Below are positions 1-8,661 of a stretch of 64,000 bases of DNA, piece after piece. This DNA is from Escherichia phage Ec_MI-02. Each line of letters opens with the position of its first letter. The stretch's first letter is position 1. Where the stretch lies: the sequence record OP856590.1; one strand, given 5' to 3'. The notes under the pieces were generated by a model. It searched no databases, was not told where the DNA came from, and was given only the letters and a program-made list of their open reading frames with translations. The position numbers and the translations under genes are program-made.

Positions 1-430
<430 letters not shown>

Positions 431-886
431 TTAAAAGAGGCTGTTCATTATTCGGTAAAGTGAAGGGCCCATCACATATTGCCACTGAGTACGAGGAATA
501 AGAGCAAAAGCATCCATCTCTGGAATCATAACGCCATCTTTATTTTCAAAATAAGACTCGCAATGGCAATTTCTAAACATCTCATGCTCTACTGGAATCG
601 TATAATAAAATAACTGTAAGTCTTTATTACTAGAATATTTAAATACACCTAGGTCTTCTAGAAGGTCTGGATTATAATTGCTAAAGCCAGTCTCTTCTGA
701 GCATTCTCTTCGTGCTGCATCTAGTGCGCTTAAATCAGAACTTTCTACACGGCCCTTTGGAATATCCCAGCGATGTGCCATCATTCCAGGTTTACGAGAA
801 CCAGTAACTCGTCCCATAAATAAATCTTTATCTTCTGTCATAAAGATAATACCAGCTGATAATGTTTTCATTTTAATTTCCTGCAT
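431..886 (-). CDS. nudE: Nudix hydrolase
   Basis: 151 aa; Nudix box GRVESSDLSALDAARRECSEETG (G-x5-E-x7-REUxEExGU pattern); position next to e matches T4 nudE (e.1). Confidence 0.88.
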   Translation of the reverse strand: MQEIKMKTLSAGIIFMTEDKDLFMGRVTGSRKPGMMAHRWDIPKGRVESSDLSALDAARRECSEETGFSNYNPDLLEDLGVFKYSSNKDLQLFYYTIPVEHEMFRNCHCESYFENKDGVMIPEMDAFALIPRTQWQYVMGPSLYRIMNSLF

Positions 887-1356
887 TCAGTGATAAAATT
901 ATTTAAATTTTGAGCATATTTCTTTTCATCAAAAATCTTTTGCTGCCTACGTAACCGCCATGGCATTTCAATGAACACGCACCATATTCCTGATATTACT
1001 GCTGTTATAAAAATATTAACAAGCAGAGTAAAAAGAGCCCAATCTCCTATTCTATCCATTGGATTTTTTCCAAAGAAATAAAATACGAATGATGACACAG
1101 GAAGACTAATGATATACCATAAAAGCATATTCTTGCCTGTAAACCAATCAGCGTTCGTTAACTTAGCACGACCGTTTTGAATACATACGAACTTATCATC
1201 TGTTACAGTAGATGGCTTAGCTGCTTGATATCCCATTCTAAACTCCCTAATTAATCGTTTCTTTGTATCTTCAGAACAGCCGCTCCAGTCAACTCTATCA
1301 ACTGAAATGCCATCGTCCCCATCATCTAAATCATACCAGCGAGTTTTTAAAATCAT
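868..1356 (-). CDS. hypothetical membrane protein (e.x-region small ORF)
   Basis: 162-aa ORF with hydrophobic segments (LLWYIISLPVSSFVFYFF, FTLLVNIFITAVISGIWCVF); tight spacing within a minus-strand gene array. Confidence 0.6.
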   Translation of the reverse strand: MILKTRWYDLDDGDDGISVDRVDWSGCSEDTKKRLIREFRMGYQAAKPSTVTDDKFVCIQNGRAKLTNADWFTGKNMLLWYIISLPVSSFVFYFFGKNPMDRIGDWALFTLLVNIFITAVISGIWCVFIEMPWRLRRQQKIFDEKKYAQNLNNFITECRKLK

Positions 1357-1727
1357 TTGATTTTCCTACAATCACTCACAAACTCTTTCATTGATTCATT
1401 TTCAATATAAGACATGTAGTTATTATATTCTTTTAATTGTATTTTGTAATCCTTTTTTCTTTGCCAATTTATTTTAAAATTATCATAATGAAAATATAAA
1501 ATAATACCAAAGAATGAAAATAATGAAATTACTATAGTATAATGAAGTTCGCTCCAAACTTCTATTATATCTACTATACCGCTGACATTACTGCGGATGT
1601 TTAAAATAAAACAGTCAATTAACAATCCAATAAGACTACCCGCAAGAGCTGCAGCCAACGCCACAGCAAGAATTAATAGTGCCTCAGGAAACGAATATTT
1701 GACTTTATTTAGTTTTGGCTTTTGCAT
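1353..1727 (-). CDS. hypothetical membrane protein
   Basis: 124-aa ORF; TM-like segments ALLILAVALAAALAGSLIGLLIDCFI and IVISLFSFFGIILYF; start overlaps the stop of the upstream gene. Confidence 0.6.
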   Translation of the reverse strand: MQKPKLNKVKYSFPEALLILAVALAAALAGSLIGLLIDCFILNIRSNVSGIVDIIEVWSELHYTIVISLFSFFGIILYFHYDNFKINWQRKKDYKIQLKEYNNYMSYIENESMKEFVSDCRKIK

Positions 1728-2122
1728 CGTGATTCCTTAACAAATTTCATAATTTCATCAAATTCATACGCAGCAAGTTTAAGCTGATGTTCTTTTTTAA
1801 TCTTTTTGCACCGGGCTTTCCAATCACGTACACGTTTACGATAGTGTCTTCCTTGATACCAGTATCCTACCCAATTCACAGGTACTAATAAAAGCGGAAC
1901 TACCAATGGAAGAATTAGTGTTGCTCCAAATATTACACCAGATTCAATATCAGTCATAACGTCTATAACCATTCCAGCAATTAGCAAAATCACAAATGAT
2001 ACAGCTACCACAGGACCTATTAATACATCAGTAGGAATTAGCTGACGCTTTGGTTCATACTTCACAGGTTTACTTGGAAGGTATAGTGATGGCTTTGACA
2101 TATTCTCTACATTCCTTAACAA
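1709..2122 (-). CDS. hypothetical membrane protein (start may be the internal ATG at 2101)
   Basis: 137-aa ORF with two hydrophobic helices; overlaps the 3' end of the upstream gene by 32-53 nt. Confidence 0.55.
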   Translation of the reverse strand: MLRNVENMSKPSLYLPSKPVKYEPKRQLIPTDVLIGPVVAVSFVILLIAGMVIDVMTDIESGVIFGATLILPLVVPLLLVPVNWVGYWYQGRHYRKRVRDWKARCKKIKKEHQLKLAAYEFDEIMKFVKESRCKSQN

Positions 2123-2684
2123 ATTTTTCTAATAATAAATCGCTTTCAAAATTGGGATTTTCTACGAATTTATCAAAAAGATCATCAACAATAGTTAAGA
2201 TATTCTTTTTACTAAGAATACGCTTATTTTCATATTTTGTTTCAGAATCAACTATAAGAGTAAAGAAATATTTCTTTCCCTGAAATTTTACCGTAGTATC
2301 AATATAGAACAAATTTGACTTTTGTAAATTACGTTTAAACCATGCATCACTTAAACTATAAACGCCAAGATAATCATAATCGTCGTTTAAATAACAAACC
2401 GTCCATTCAGGAGAAATGAAATCAGTAAATTCAACATCAAAATCACACGTCAATGAATGAATTGATTCAATACTGTTAATGAGTATTCCAGGACGTATTA
2501 AAGACTTTTTACCTCTAGAAAATCTTCCGGAAAGGCTTTCATCAGTTTCGTATGAAGACCCCCAATAGTAATTACGTCCTTCTGCCATGCGTTTAAGAGC
2601 ATTTAGTAATTGGTCTGGAACATCAACCTGTCTTTGGAACTCTTCAAACATTGAATTGAAATCACTTTGCATTTTCATTTTCAT
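2070..2684 (-). CDS. hypothetical protein
   Basis: 204-aa ORF, no recognisable motif. Confidence 0.6.
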   Translation of the reverse strand: MKMKMQSDFNSMFEEFQRQVDVPDQLLNALKRMAEGRNYYWGSSYETDESLSGRFSRGKKSLIRPGILINSIESIHSLTCDFDVEFTDFISPEWTVCYLNDDYDYLGVYSLSDAWFKRNLQKSNLFYIDTTVKFQGKKYFFTLIVDSETKYENKRILSKKNILTIVDDLFDKFVENPNFESDLLLEKFVKECREYVKAITIPSK

Positions 2685-2703
2685 TCCTATTTACTCCAAG
2701 TAT

Positions 2704-2721
2704 AAGGGGCCGAAGCCCCTT
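2704..2721 (-). terminator. GC-rich UUCG-tetraloop hairpin (ggggc-uucg-gcccc on minus RNA)
   Basis: Inverted repeat taaggggc cgaa gcccctta directly 3' of the 197-aa gene; same 14-mer recurs at 42907 and 63288. Confidence 0.5.
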
Positions 2722-2725
2722 ATCA

Positions 2726-3319
2726 TTATTTCAGAGAATTAATGTATTCCTGAACATCGGCAGAGGTAGTTTCAACCCCAGAAATATTACCGTTAAAGGT
2801 TTCAACTCGAGCAAGGGTATCTTCAATATCAACCTTAGTCAGTGCTGCAATTTCAACTACATCATCGGCAGTACTAATTCCAAGGGCATTTGCTGCACGA
2901 GTTTCACGGATATATTCCAATTTAACTGCAAGTTCTTGGCGAGCATCATCTAACTCAACTACTTTCTTGGCGATTTCAATTCGCATTTCAGCATAACCGT
3001 CAGCCTTAGTAGTCAACTGCTCAGCTGTTCGACGATATAGTAAACCGAGTTTAGCATGCATTGTTACATCTTGACCTTCGGAAAGAAGTTTACGAATTTC
3101 ACGCTCTTTTGATTCGGCCTGTCGATTCTTTTCGACAATAAGTTCACGAATACGTTTTTCTTCATTAATAGATTTAACAGAAGCAGTTTTTAGATCTTTA
3201 ATTTTATCAAGCAGTTTTGCTGCTGCAGCAGTATACTGTTCTTCAACAGATAGATTTTTAGCCATAGCAGAACCAAGTTTAGTGCGAATAAACTCAACAA
3301 TTTTCTTCAGTGTGTTCAT
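2726..3319 (-). CDS. hypothetical coiled-coil protein
   Basis: 197-aa ORF rich in K/E/R/L heptad-like stretches; no enzymatic motif. Confidence 0.6.
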   Translation of the reverse strand: MNTLKKIVEFIRTKLGSAMAKNLSVEEQYTAAAAKLLDKIKDLKTASVKSINEEKRIRELIVEKNRQAESKEREIRKLLSEGQDVTMHAKLGLLYRRTAEQLTTKADGYAEMRIEIAKKVVELDDARQELAVKLEYIRETRAANALGISTADDVVEIAALTKVDIEDTLARVETFNGNISGVETTSADVQEYINSLK

Positions 3320-3361
3320 AGTATTTCCTTAGGTTGATTAAAAATAAAATCTGTGGAAAAA

Positions 3362-3907
3362 TTATATCATACTATTTAAGAGATGTAAACTATTTTTAAT
3401 TTTACAAATTCGTTCAGCTTCTTCAACGGCGGCGGCGATAATGCTTTTAGCTATAGGAGTACTAATACTAGTAGCTTTTACACTTAACACGATTTCTTTA
3501 TCTTTACTAGGCCAACCCCATGATTTTTCACCATGAGTGCCTTTAATTACAGCAGACACCTCAAGTGAGCATCCACTGTCACATGTTTTTACATTAACAA
3601 CCCAAGGGTCACTTTTCTCAACCGATTTCTCAGCCGGTTTATCCCAGTAAATATTAAGAATACGTGGGACATCAAATTTAGCAGGGCAAATCTTAACTGT
3701 AAGACCTTCGCTTTCTAGCCAATTAATAAGAGGGCGTTCATACATGCGGCGATGTGGGCTTTGGACTCGACAAGCCTTGTGCCCATTGCTTGCGGCTTCA
3801 CTAAGCTGTTCTAATACCTGTTTTTGCATTATTGATAAGATATCATCAAAAGATTTTTCGGAAGTTTCATTCAGTTCGGTATAAAGAGACATAACGGTTT
3901 TCCTCAA
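3362..3907 (-). CDS. hypothetical protein
   Basis: 181-aa ORF, no recognised motif. Confidence 0.6.
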   Translation of the reverse strand: MRKTVMSLYTELNETSEKSFDDILSIMQKQVLEQLSEAASNGHKACRVQSPHRRMYERPLINWLESEGLTVKICPAKFDVPRILNIYWDKPAEKSVEKSDPWVVNVKTCDSGCSLEVSAVIKGTHGEKSWGWPSKDKEIVLSVKATSISTPIAKSIIAAAVEEAERICKIKNSLHLLNSMI

Positions 3908-3948
3908 ATTGTAGGCTCATAATATCTCAATCATGAGCCTATGTAAAC

Positions 3949-4212
3949 TTATTTCATATTATTGAAATATTCTTCTGCGATTTCGTCGTTATCGTGGTAA
4001 ACTTTAGAAGACAGTTTAACATAACCTTCTGCTGTGAACATGTTAATCACAACCTTTACAGTATACCACTGTCCGTCTTCATTACCCATTACTGCGTAAG
4101 TTTCAAACATCGGATGGTCAGGACCGATAACTTTAATATCATTCACTGTACGACCGAAATCTTCTGAAACACATTTCATAAAGAAGTTGAACAGTTCGCC
4201 GTAATTATCCAT
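3949..4212 (-). CDS. hypothetical protein (87 aa; track ORF extends to 4266)
   Basis: ATG at 4212 (MDNYGELF...); the track's N-terminal extension would run through a promoter-like element at 4257-4286. Confidence 0.5.
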   Translation of the reverse strand: MDNYGELFNFFMKCVSEDFGRTVNDIKVIGPDHPMFETYAVMGNEDGQWYTVKVVINMFTAEGYVKLSSKVYHDNDEIAEEYFNNMK

Positions 4213-4256
4213 TTCATTCTCCAAGTTGTTTTTCTGTATCAGTAGTTGATAGTTGT

Positions 4257-4286
4257 ATAGTACCATGGAAGAACAGGGATGTAAAT
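4257..4286 (-). promoter_or_regulatory. sigma70/T4-early-like promoter (ATTTAC -35, 18-nt spacer, TACTAT -10)
   Basis: On minus strand: A/T-rich upstream tract, ATTTAC, 18 nt, TACTAT; about 45 nt upstream of the ATG at 4212. Confidence 0.4.
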
Positions 4287-4419
4287 AGTTTTGTGAAAAA
4301 ATTTTTAAAAAGTTTTAGGGAATTCTAGGGAAGGGAGGGGCAATTAAAAGGTAGGATAATATATTATAAAGGGTATAAACTAAATGATGCCTAGAGAGGC
4401 CAAGAAAGGCCTAGATACC

Positions 4420-4444
4420 AAAAACCCCAACCTTTTGGTCGGGG
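4420..4444 (-). terminator. rho-independent terminator
   Basis: Minus RNA ccccgacc-aaaa-ggttgggg followed by UUUUU; directly 3' of the IP-like gene (stop at 4454). Confidence 0.65.
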
Positions 4445-4453
4445 CTAAGAATG

Positions 4454-4927
4454 TTATTTGATTTGTTTAGCAGACCAAATGCGGTCTTTAATAATTTTTT
4501 GGATGTCTTCAACATACTCAAGAGAGTGAACATGCGGATTATCTTTGAAACTATAAGCACGGGCTAGCTTTTGGCCTTCGGTTTTGATTACTAAAAGCTC
4601 TTTAAGGATAGCTTCATATTTAGAGATAATTCCTTTAACGATATTTTTTTCTTGTGCAGCTTTAGGATCTGCTTTAGGAGCAGGTTTACCCGAAGCCTTT
4701 GCAAAAGCAGCGCCAGTAGCAACTAAACTTTTCCAGGCCATACTAACTGCATTTCCCGTAAATCCTTCTGCTTTCATGTCGCGAGCAAATTGGAATCGTG
4801 ATTCGTCAGAAGCATCTTTATAGGAATATTTACCCGCTGCAATGGCTGCTTTTGCGACAGCTTGAATTTCGGTGCTAGATGCTTCATTTAACACCGCTTC
4901 ATTTAAAAATTGAGCATATGATTTCAT
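4454..4927 (-). CDS. internal head protein-like (capsid-targeting sequence at N-terminus)
   Basis: 157 aa; N-terminus MKSYAQFLNEAVLNE resembles the T4 IP targeting sequence (MKTYQEF...E) with LNE|A prohead-protease-type cleavage motifs; late promoter upstream, terminator downstream. Confidence 0.7.
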   Translation of the reverse strand: MKSYAQFLNEAVLNEASSTEIQAVAKAAIAAGKYSYKDASDESRFQFARDMKAEGFTGNAVSMAWKSLVATGAAFAKASGKPAPKADPKAAQEKNIVKGIISKYEAILKELLVIKTEGQKLARAYSFKDNPHVHSLEYVEDIQKIIKDRIWSAKQIK

Positions 4928-4967
4928 CTTATTTCCTGTTTTAATTCGTGGATTTAATATACTACTA

Positions 4968-4975
4968 TATTTATA
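4968..4975 (-). promoter_or_regulatory. T4 late promoter TATAAATA
   Basis: Plus tatttata = TATAAATA on minus, about 41 nt upstream of the ATG at 4927. Confidence 0.55.
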
Positions 4976-4977
4976 CT

Positions 4978-5003
4978 AAAAAGCCCCAACCTTTCGGTCG
5001 GGG
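4978..5003 (-). terminator. rho-independent terminator (GAAA tetraloop) ending the tRNA/stable-RNA transcription unit
   Basis: Minus RNA ccccgacc-gaaa-ggttgggg-c-UUUUU; near-duplicate of the terminator at 4420-4444. Confidence 0.65.
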
Positions 5004-5057
5004 CTAAGCCTTGCGGTAACCTTGTCGGGGTTCCACCTGCTAAGGCAAGTGTTTGTA

Positions 5058-5214
5058 CGAAACGCCGGGATTCGAACCCGGTTATTAAGCAGTTGACGCT
5101 ACTCAATATTTTTAAAAGGCCATATCTCGACCATATCCGAACGTTCCGTCAAAAACGCTACTCGGCTTACGGCAAAGATATTTCCTCGAATCGATAATTC
5201 TGCGCGCCGTTTCA
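5058..5214 (-). ncRNA. candidate tRNA-like stable RNA (compare T4 stable RNA species 1/2)
   Basis: tRNA-like T-arm ccggg-ttcgaat-cccgg followed by a 7-nt strand (cgtttcg) that can pair with tgaaacg about 150 nt upstream; too long for a tRNA; lies between tRNA-Arg and the terminator. Confidence 0.25.
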
Positions 5215-5321
5215 GCTGTGATGTAAGGGGACATTAACAGATCGTAAAGATTTGATAATGTCAGTCCTTACTCAGGGAACATCAGTCCGACGACTTACCG
5301 GTAGCGACCCGGTTTCTTGTT

Positions 5322-5397
5322 TGGTCGAGGCAGTAGGGATCGAACCTACGACCTAGGACTTAGAAGGTCCTTGCTCTTCCTTCTGAGCTATGCCTCG
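5322..5397 (-). tRNA. tRNA-Arg (anticodon TCT)
   Basis: Cloverleaf read by eye on minus strand: acceptor cgaggca/tgcctcg, anticodon loop CTTCTAA, T-arm gtagg-ttcgatc-cctac, encoded CCA. Confidence 0.88.
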
Positions 5398-5401
5398 TAT
5401 T

Positions 5402-5476
5402 TGGCGGACGTGATAGGATTCGAACCTATAACCAATCGCTTAACAGGCGATCGCTCTGCCATTGAGCTACACATCC
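5402..5476 (-). tRNA. tRNA-Asn (anticodon GTT)
   Basis: Acceptor ggatgtg/cacgtcc, anticodon stem-loop atcgc-CTGTTAA-gcgat, T-loop ttcgaat, encoded CCA. Confidence 0.85.
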
Positions 5477-5480
5477 AAAT

Positions 5481-5567
5481 TGGTGGGGAGTGATGGAGTC
5501 GAACCACCCGAGTCGCAATGACAATGGATTTACAGTCCACACCGCTACCTCTACGGGATAACTCCCC
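5481..5567 (-). tRNA. tRNA-Tyr (anticodon GTA), long variable arm
   Basis: Acceptor ggggagt/actcccc, anticodon loop CTGTAAA, long variable arm, T-loop ttcgact, encoded CCA. Confidence 0.82.
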
Positions 5568-5579
5568 TAATTCTTAATT

Positions 5580-5655
5580 TGGTGGCCCTGGGTGGAATTG
5601 AACCACCATCTGGCGATTATGAGTCGCTTGCTTGAACCTTCCAGCTACAGGGCCA
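5580..5655 (-). tRNA. tRNA with CAT anticodon, most likely tRNA-Ile2 (lysidine type), alternatively Met
   Basis: Acceptor ggccctg/cagggcc, anticodon stem-loop agcga-CTCATAA-tcgcc resembling E. coli tRNA-Ile2 (ggcgaCTCATAAtcgct); encoded CCA. Confidence 0.8.
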
Positions 5656-5662
5656 AATTTTC

Positions 5663-6148
5663 TTATTTTATGTAATATTTATTTAAAAACTTTCTAGCTT
5701 GAGTATGGCTAACATTTATAGCGTTTGCATAATTTTTAATAAAACCTCGTTCATCCATATTAAAATTTTCTAATATTTTTAATCGTCTAGTTATCTCATC
5801 TTGACTTAAGGTACTTGCATTATTTTTAGAAATTTTTTCTAAGGACTGTGCCGAGTGTTTTCGACCATTAAAATTAAAATTTTTAGATTTTGGAGGAAAT
5901 CTAGCATTTAATCTCGCATCTTTTGTATTTTGATTATTAGTTGCGCAATATATGTTATTTAATGAATATGGTCCTTTATCGCCGAAACGGCACATGCAGT
6001 ATTCATGACCCTTTCTTCCGCGCTTATCATAATTTCCCGTTGATTTCCACCAATGCAGCCATTCATCAAAAGTTAAATTCCATTCAATGTTTCTACGTAT
6101 AGCAGAATTCCGCTGAGAAATATATTTTGCATAATCTTCTTTCATCAC
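5663..6148 (-). CDS. putative HNH-like (Cys/His-containing) homing-endonuclease-like protein with C-terminal HTH-like tail
   Basis: 161-aa ORF inserted between tRNA-Ser and tRNA-Ile; basic; core GHEYCMCRFGDKGPYSLNNIYCATNNQNTK resembles a degenerate HNH/zinc motif; positional analogy to T4 segB in the tRNA cluster, but no GIY-YIG motif. Confidence 0.5.
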   Translation of the reverse strand: MMKEDYAKYISQRNSAIRRNIEWNLTFDEWLHWWKSTGNYDKRGRKGHEYCMCRFGDKGPYSLNNIYCATNNQNTKDARLNARFPPKSKNFNFNGRKHSAQSLEKISKNNASTLSQDEITRRLKILENFNMDERGFIKNYANAINVSHTQARKFLNKYYIK

Positions 6149-6192
6149 AAATTTCTCTACTTATTCAATACACTGAGCTAAATCAGCAAAAC

Positions 6193-6282
6193 TGGCGGAG
6201 GCGATAGGATTTGAACCTATGAGTCGCCGGAGCGACTGCCGGTTTTCAAGACCGGTGCATTAAACCACTCTGCCACGCCTCC
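6193..6282 (-). tRNA. tRNA-Ser (anticodon TGA), long variable arm
   Basis: Acceptor ggaggcg/cgcctcc, anticodon stem-loop ccggt-CTTGAAA-accgg, variable arm, T-loop ttcaaat, encoded CCA. Confidence 0.9.
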
Positions 6283-6284
6283 AG

Positions 6285-6358
6285 TCTCCGCGGCAGGATT
6301 TGAACCTGCGACATTCTGCTCCCAAAGCAGACGCTCTACCAAACTGAGCTACACGGAG
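6285..6358 (-). tRNA. tRNA-Pro (anticodon TGG)
   Basis: Acceptor ctccgtg/cgcggag, anticodon stem-loop tctgc-TTTGGGA-gcaga, T-arm gcagg-ttcaaat-cctgc. Confidence 0.9.
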
Positions 6359-6368
6359 TAAATTAAAT

Positions 6369-6442
<74 letters not shown>

Positions 6443-6447
6443 AAATT

Positions 6448-6534
6448 TGGTGCGAGAAGTGGGACTCGAACCCACAAGGAAATCATTCCGCAGCATTTTA
6501 AGTGCTGTGCCTTTACCAATTTGACCATTCTCGC
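6448..6534 (-). tRNA. tRNA-Leu (anticodon TAA), long variable arm
   Basis: Acceptor gcgagaa/ttctcgc, anticodon stem-loop cagca-CTTAAAA-tgctg, encoded CCA. Confidence 0.9.
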
Positions 6535-6535
6535 G

Positions 6536-6608
6536 CTGGGAATAAAGGACTCGAACCTTTGCATCCTGGAATCAAAATCCAGTGCCTTACCAACTTGGCT
6601 AATTCCCA
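6536..6608 (-). tRNA. tRNA-Gln (anticodon TTG)
   Basis: Acceptor tgggaat/attccca, anticodon stem-loop ctgga-TTTTGAT-tccag, T-arm aaagg-ttcgagt-ccttt. Confidence 0.9.
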
Positions 6609-6705
6609 ATTATTAACAAAGGCTCTTAAGCAAGAACCCTTGATGATAGAGGGTATTAATCAGTGCGATATGAGTTAATAATAACAAATAATTCTTAAAG
6701 CATAT

Positions 6706-6993
6706 TTACCATTTATGATAATACATATTTACGATGCATTCAAGACCCAAAGGATTCTTGAAAATATCATATTCAAGAGGACCTTTTTCTGTTTCGATAA
6801 AGAAATCAAAATTTACTGTATTAAATTTACGGTCTTCCTTCACTAATTTAACTTGTGAAGATGAACGGTCAATGTAAACCTTTTCAACTTCAAAATATGT
6901 TAAAATACCATAATCATCAATCAAAGCTTTAGCCGCGTCTTGATCGTATTTATATCCATTTTCAATGGATGATACTTTAGCATAAAGAATCAT
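6706..6993 (-). CDS. hypothetical protein
   Basis: 95-aa ORF adjacent to the stop of the upstream gene. Confidence 0.55.
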   Translation of the reverse strand: MILYAKVSSIENGYKYDQDAAKALIDDYGILTYFEVEKVYIDRSSSQVKLVKEDRKFNTVNFDFFIETEKGPLEYDIFKNPLGLECIVNMYYHKW

Positions 6994-6995
6994 TA

Positions 6996-7376
6996 TCAGC
7001 CTTCATCAACAATAGTGTGAGTATTGGCATTTACAATTTGCCACCAATCAAAGCGATTAGAACCATAATCTGGTTTGTTTTCATTTTCTTTGATAATGTC
7101 ACGGAGTTCATCTTCAGTGGCGGCTTTCGCGATTAAATCAGCATATCCACCACGAGGATAATAATTATCACCTGCAAAAAGTAAAAAGTTTGGTTTAATG
7201 TTATTGAACTCTTCAAGAGTAATAACTTTTCCTGACGGTTGAACAATCTCTACATATTTATATCCCAATTTTTGAGCAGCATCTACTGCTTTAAGCAAAG
7301 TATCATGAGCCCATCCAATTTGACAACCTGGCTTTTCAGATGGATTAGCCTGATAATCCGCATACACTTTGTACAT
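6996..7376 (-). CDS. hypothetical protein (127 aa from ATG at 7376; track ORF extends to 7415)
   Basis: ATG at 7376 lies 1 nt after the stop of the 61-aa gene (7378); the track's N-terminal extension overlaps that gene. Confidence 0.55.
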   Translation of the reverse strand: MYKVYADYQANPSEKPGCQIGWAHDTLLKAVDAAQKLGYKYVEIVQPSGKVITLEEFNNIKPNFLLFAGDNYYPRGGYADLIAKAATEDELRDIIKENENKPDYGSNRFDWWQIVNANTHTIVDEG

Positions 7377-7377
7377 T

Positions 7378-7563
7378 CTATTCACCTTTAGAAATTTTAT
7401 CCATAACGATAGCAATTAAACCAATTAAAAATGCTACTACAAGTGAAAAAACATTTTCTGCTGTAGTCAATAATCCGCATATAAATCCAACAAACATTGA
7501 AAAACTAAAAGCAGAAGCAGAAATTGCAATAGCAACATTTCGAATTAATTCACAGCGTTTCAT
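7378..7563 (-). CDS. small hypothetical membrane protein
   Basis: 61-aa ORF with hydrophobic segments (FSMFVGFICGLL, LVVAFLIGLIAIV); preceded by an early-promoter-like element. Confidence 0.5.
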   Translation of the reverse strand: MKRCELIRNVAIAISASAFSFSMFVGFICGLLTTAENVFSLVVAFLIGLIAIVMDKISKGE

Positions 7564-7591
7564 TTTATTCTCCTCAGTAGTTGATAGGGTA

Positions 7592-7621
7592 ATAGTATCA
7601 CAACTAAAACCCTATGTAAAC
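7592..7621 (-). promoter_or_regulatory. sigma70/T4-early-like promoter (GTTTAC -35, 18-nt spacer, TACTAT -10, A/T-rich upstream)
   Basis: -35, -10 and upstream A/T tract are identical to the copy at 7922-7951; only the 12-nt spacer core differs. Confidence 0.5.
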
Positions 7622-7633
7622 AACTTTGTGAAA

Positions 7634-7891
7634 TTATTTTAAATCTTCTAATCGTTTCTTCATCTTAGAACCATTTTTAGCAATTTCTCCTGCATCTGAG
7701 CATAATGCTAAAAGTGCTTTAACTTTAGTTTGGTCTCCTTTAAAAGATGAAGGATCGACTGCAGCAGCAAGTTCTTTAATACGAGAGAAAAGACGCTCAG
7801 CTTCAGCTAAAGCCATTCCAAGCTTTACTTCCATACCATGAGAAGATTCAGTAATAGTAGTTTTTGTAGCAAACTCTTTGAAAGTTTTCAT
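7634..7891 (-). CDS. ipI: internal head protein I-like (capsid-targeting sequence)
   Basis: 85 aa; N-terminus MKTFKEFATKTTITE|S resembles the T4 IP capsid-targeting sequence with an I-x-E cleavage motif; located next to 57B as ipI is in T4. Confidence 0.7.
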   Translation of the reverse strand: MKTFKEFATKTTITESSHGMEVKLGMALAEAERLFSRIKELAAAVDPSSFKGDQTKVKALLALCSDAGEIAKNGSKMKKRLEDLK

Positions 7892-7921
7892 TTTATTTTC
7901 CTAATTAATTTTGATGAGATA

Positions 7922-7951
7922 ATAGTATCACTACCTCATCAGCATGTAAAC
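7922..7951 (-). promoter_or_regulatory. sigma70/T4-early-like promoter upstream of the ipI-like gene
   Basis: GTTTAC, 18-nt spacer, TACTAT; the upstream A/T-rich tract overlaps the last codons and stop of 57B. Confidence 0.5.
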
Positions 7952-7963
7952 AACTTTGTGAAA

Positions 7964-8660
<697 letters not shown>

Positions 8661-8661
<1 letters not shown>

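Noticed and set aside
2726-3319. Possible PspA/IM30-like annotation for the 197-aa coiled-coil protein
   Set aside because: The resemblance is only compositional (K/E/R-rich heptads); no PspA signature could be matched by eye.
3911-3948. GTTTAC/TATTAT promoter-like element and 8-bp inverted repeat just upstream of the 181-aa gene
   Set aside because: The predicted start would leave only about 4 nt of leader before the ATG at 3907; either the gene starts at a later ATG or the element is not a promoter, and this cannot be resolved from sequence alone.
3949-4266. 105-aa version of the ORF (track start at 4266)
   Set aside because: The N-terminal extension runs through an ATTTAC/TACTAT promoter-like element; the internal ATG at 4212 downstream of it is more plausible.
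6610-6640. MotA-box-like TTGCTTAA middle promoter upstream of tRNA-Gln
   Set aside because: The only candidate -10 would put the transcription start inside the mature tRNA-Gln, which is incompatible with 5' processing; promoter position unresolved.
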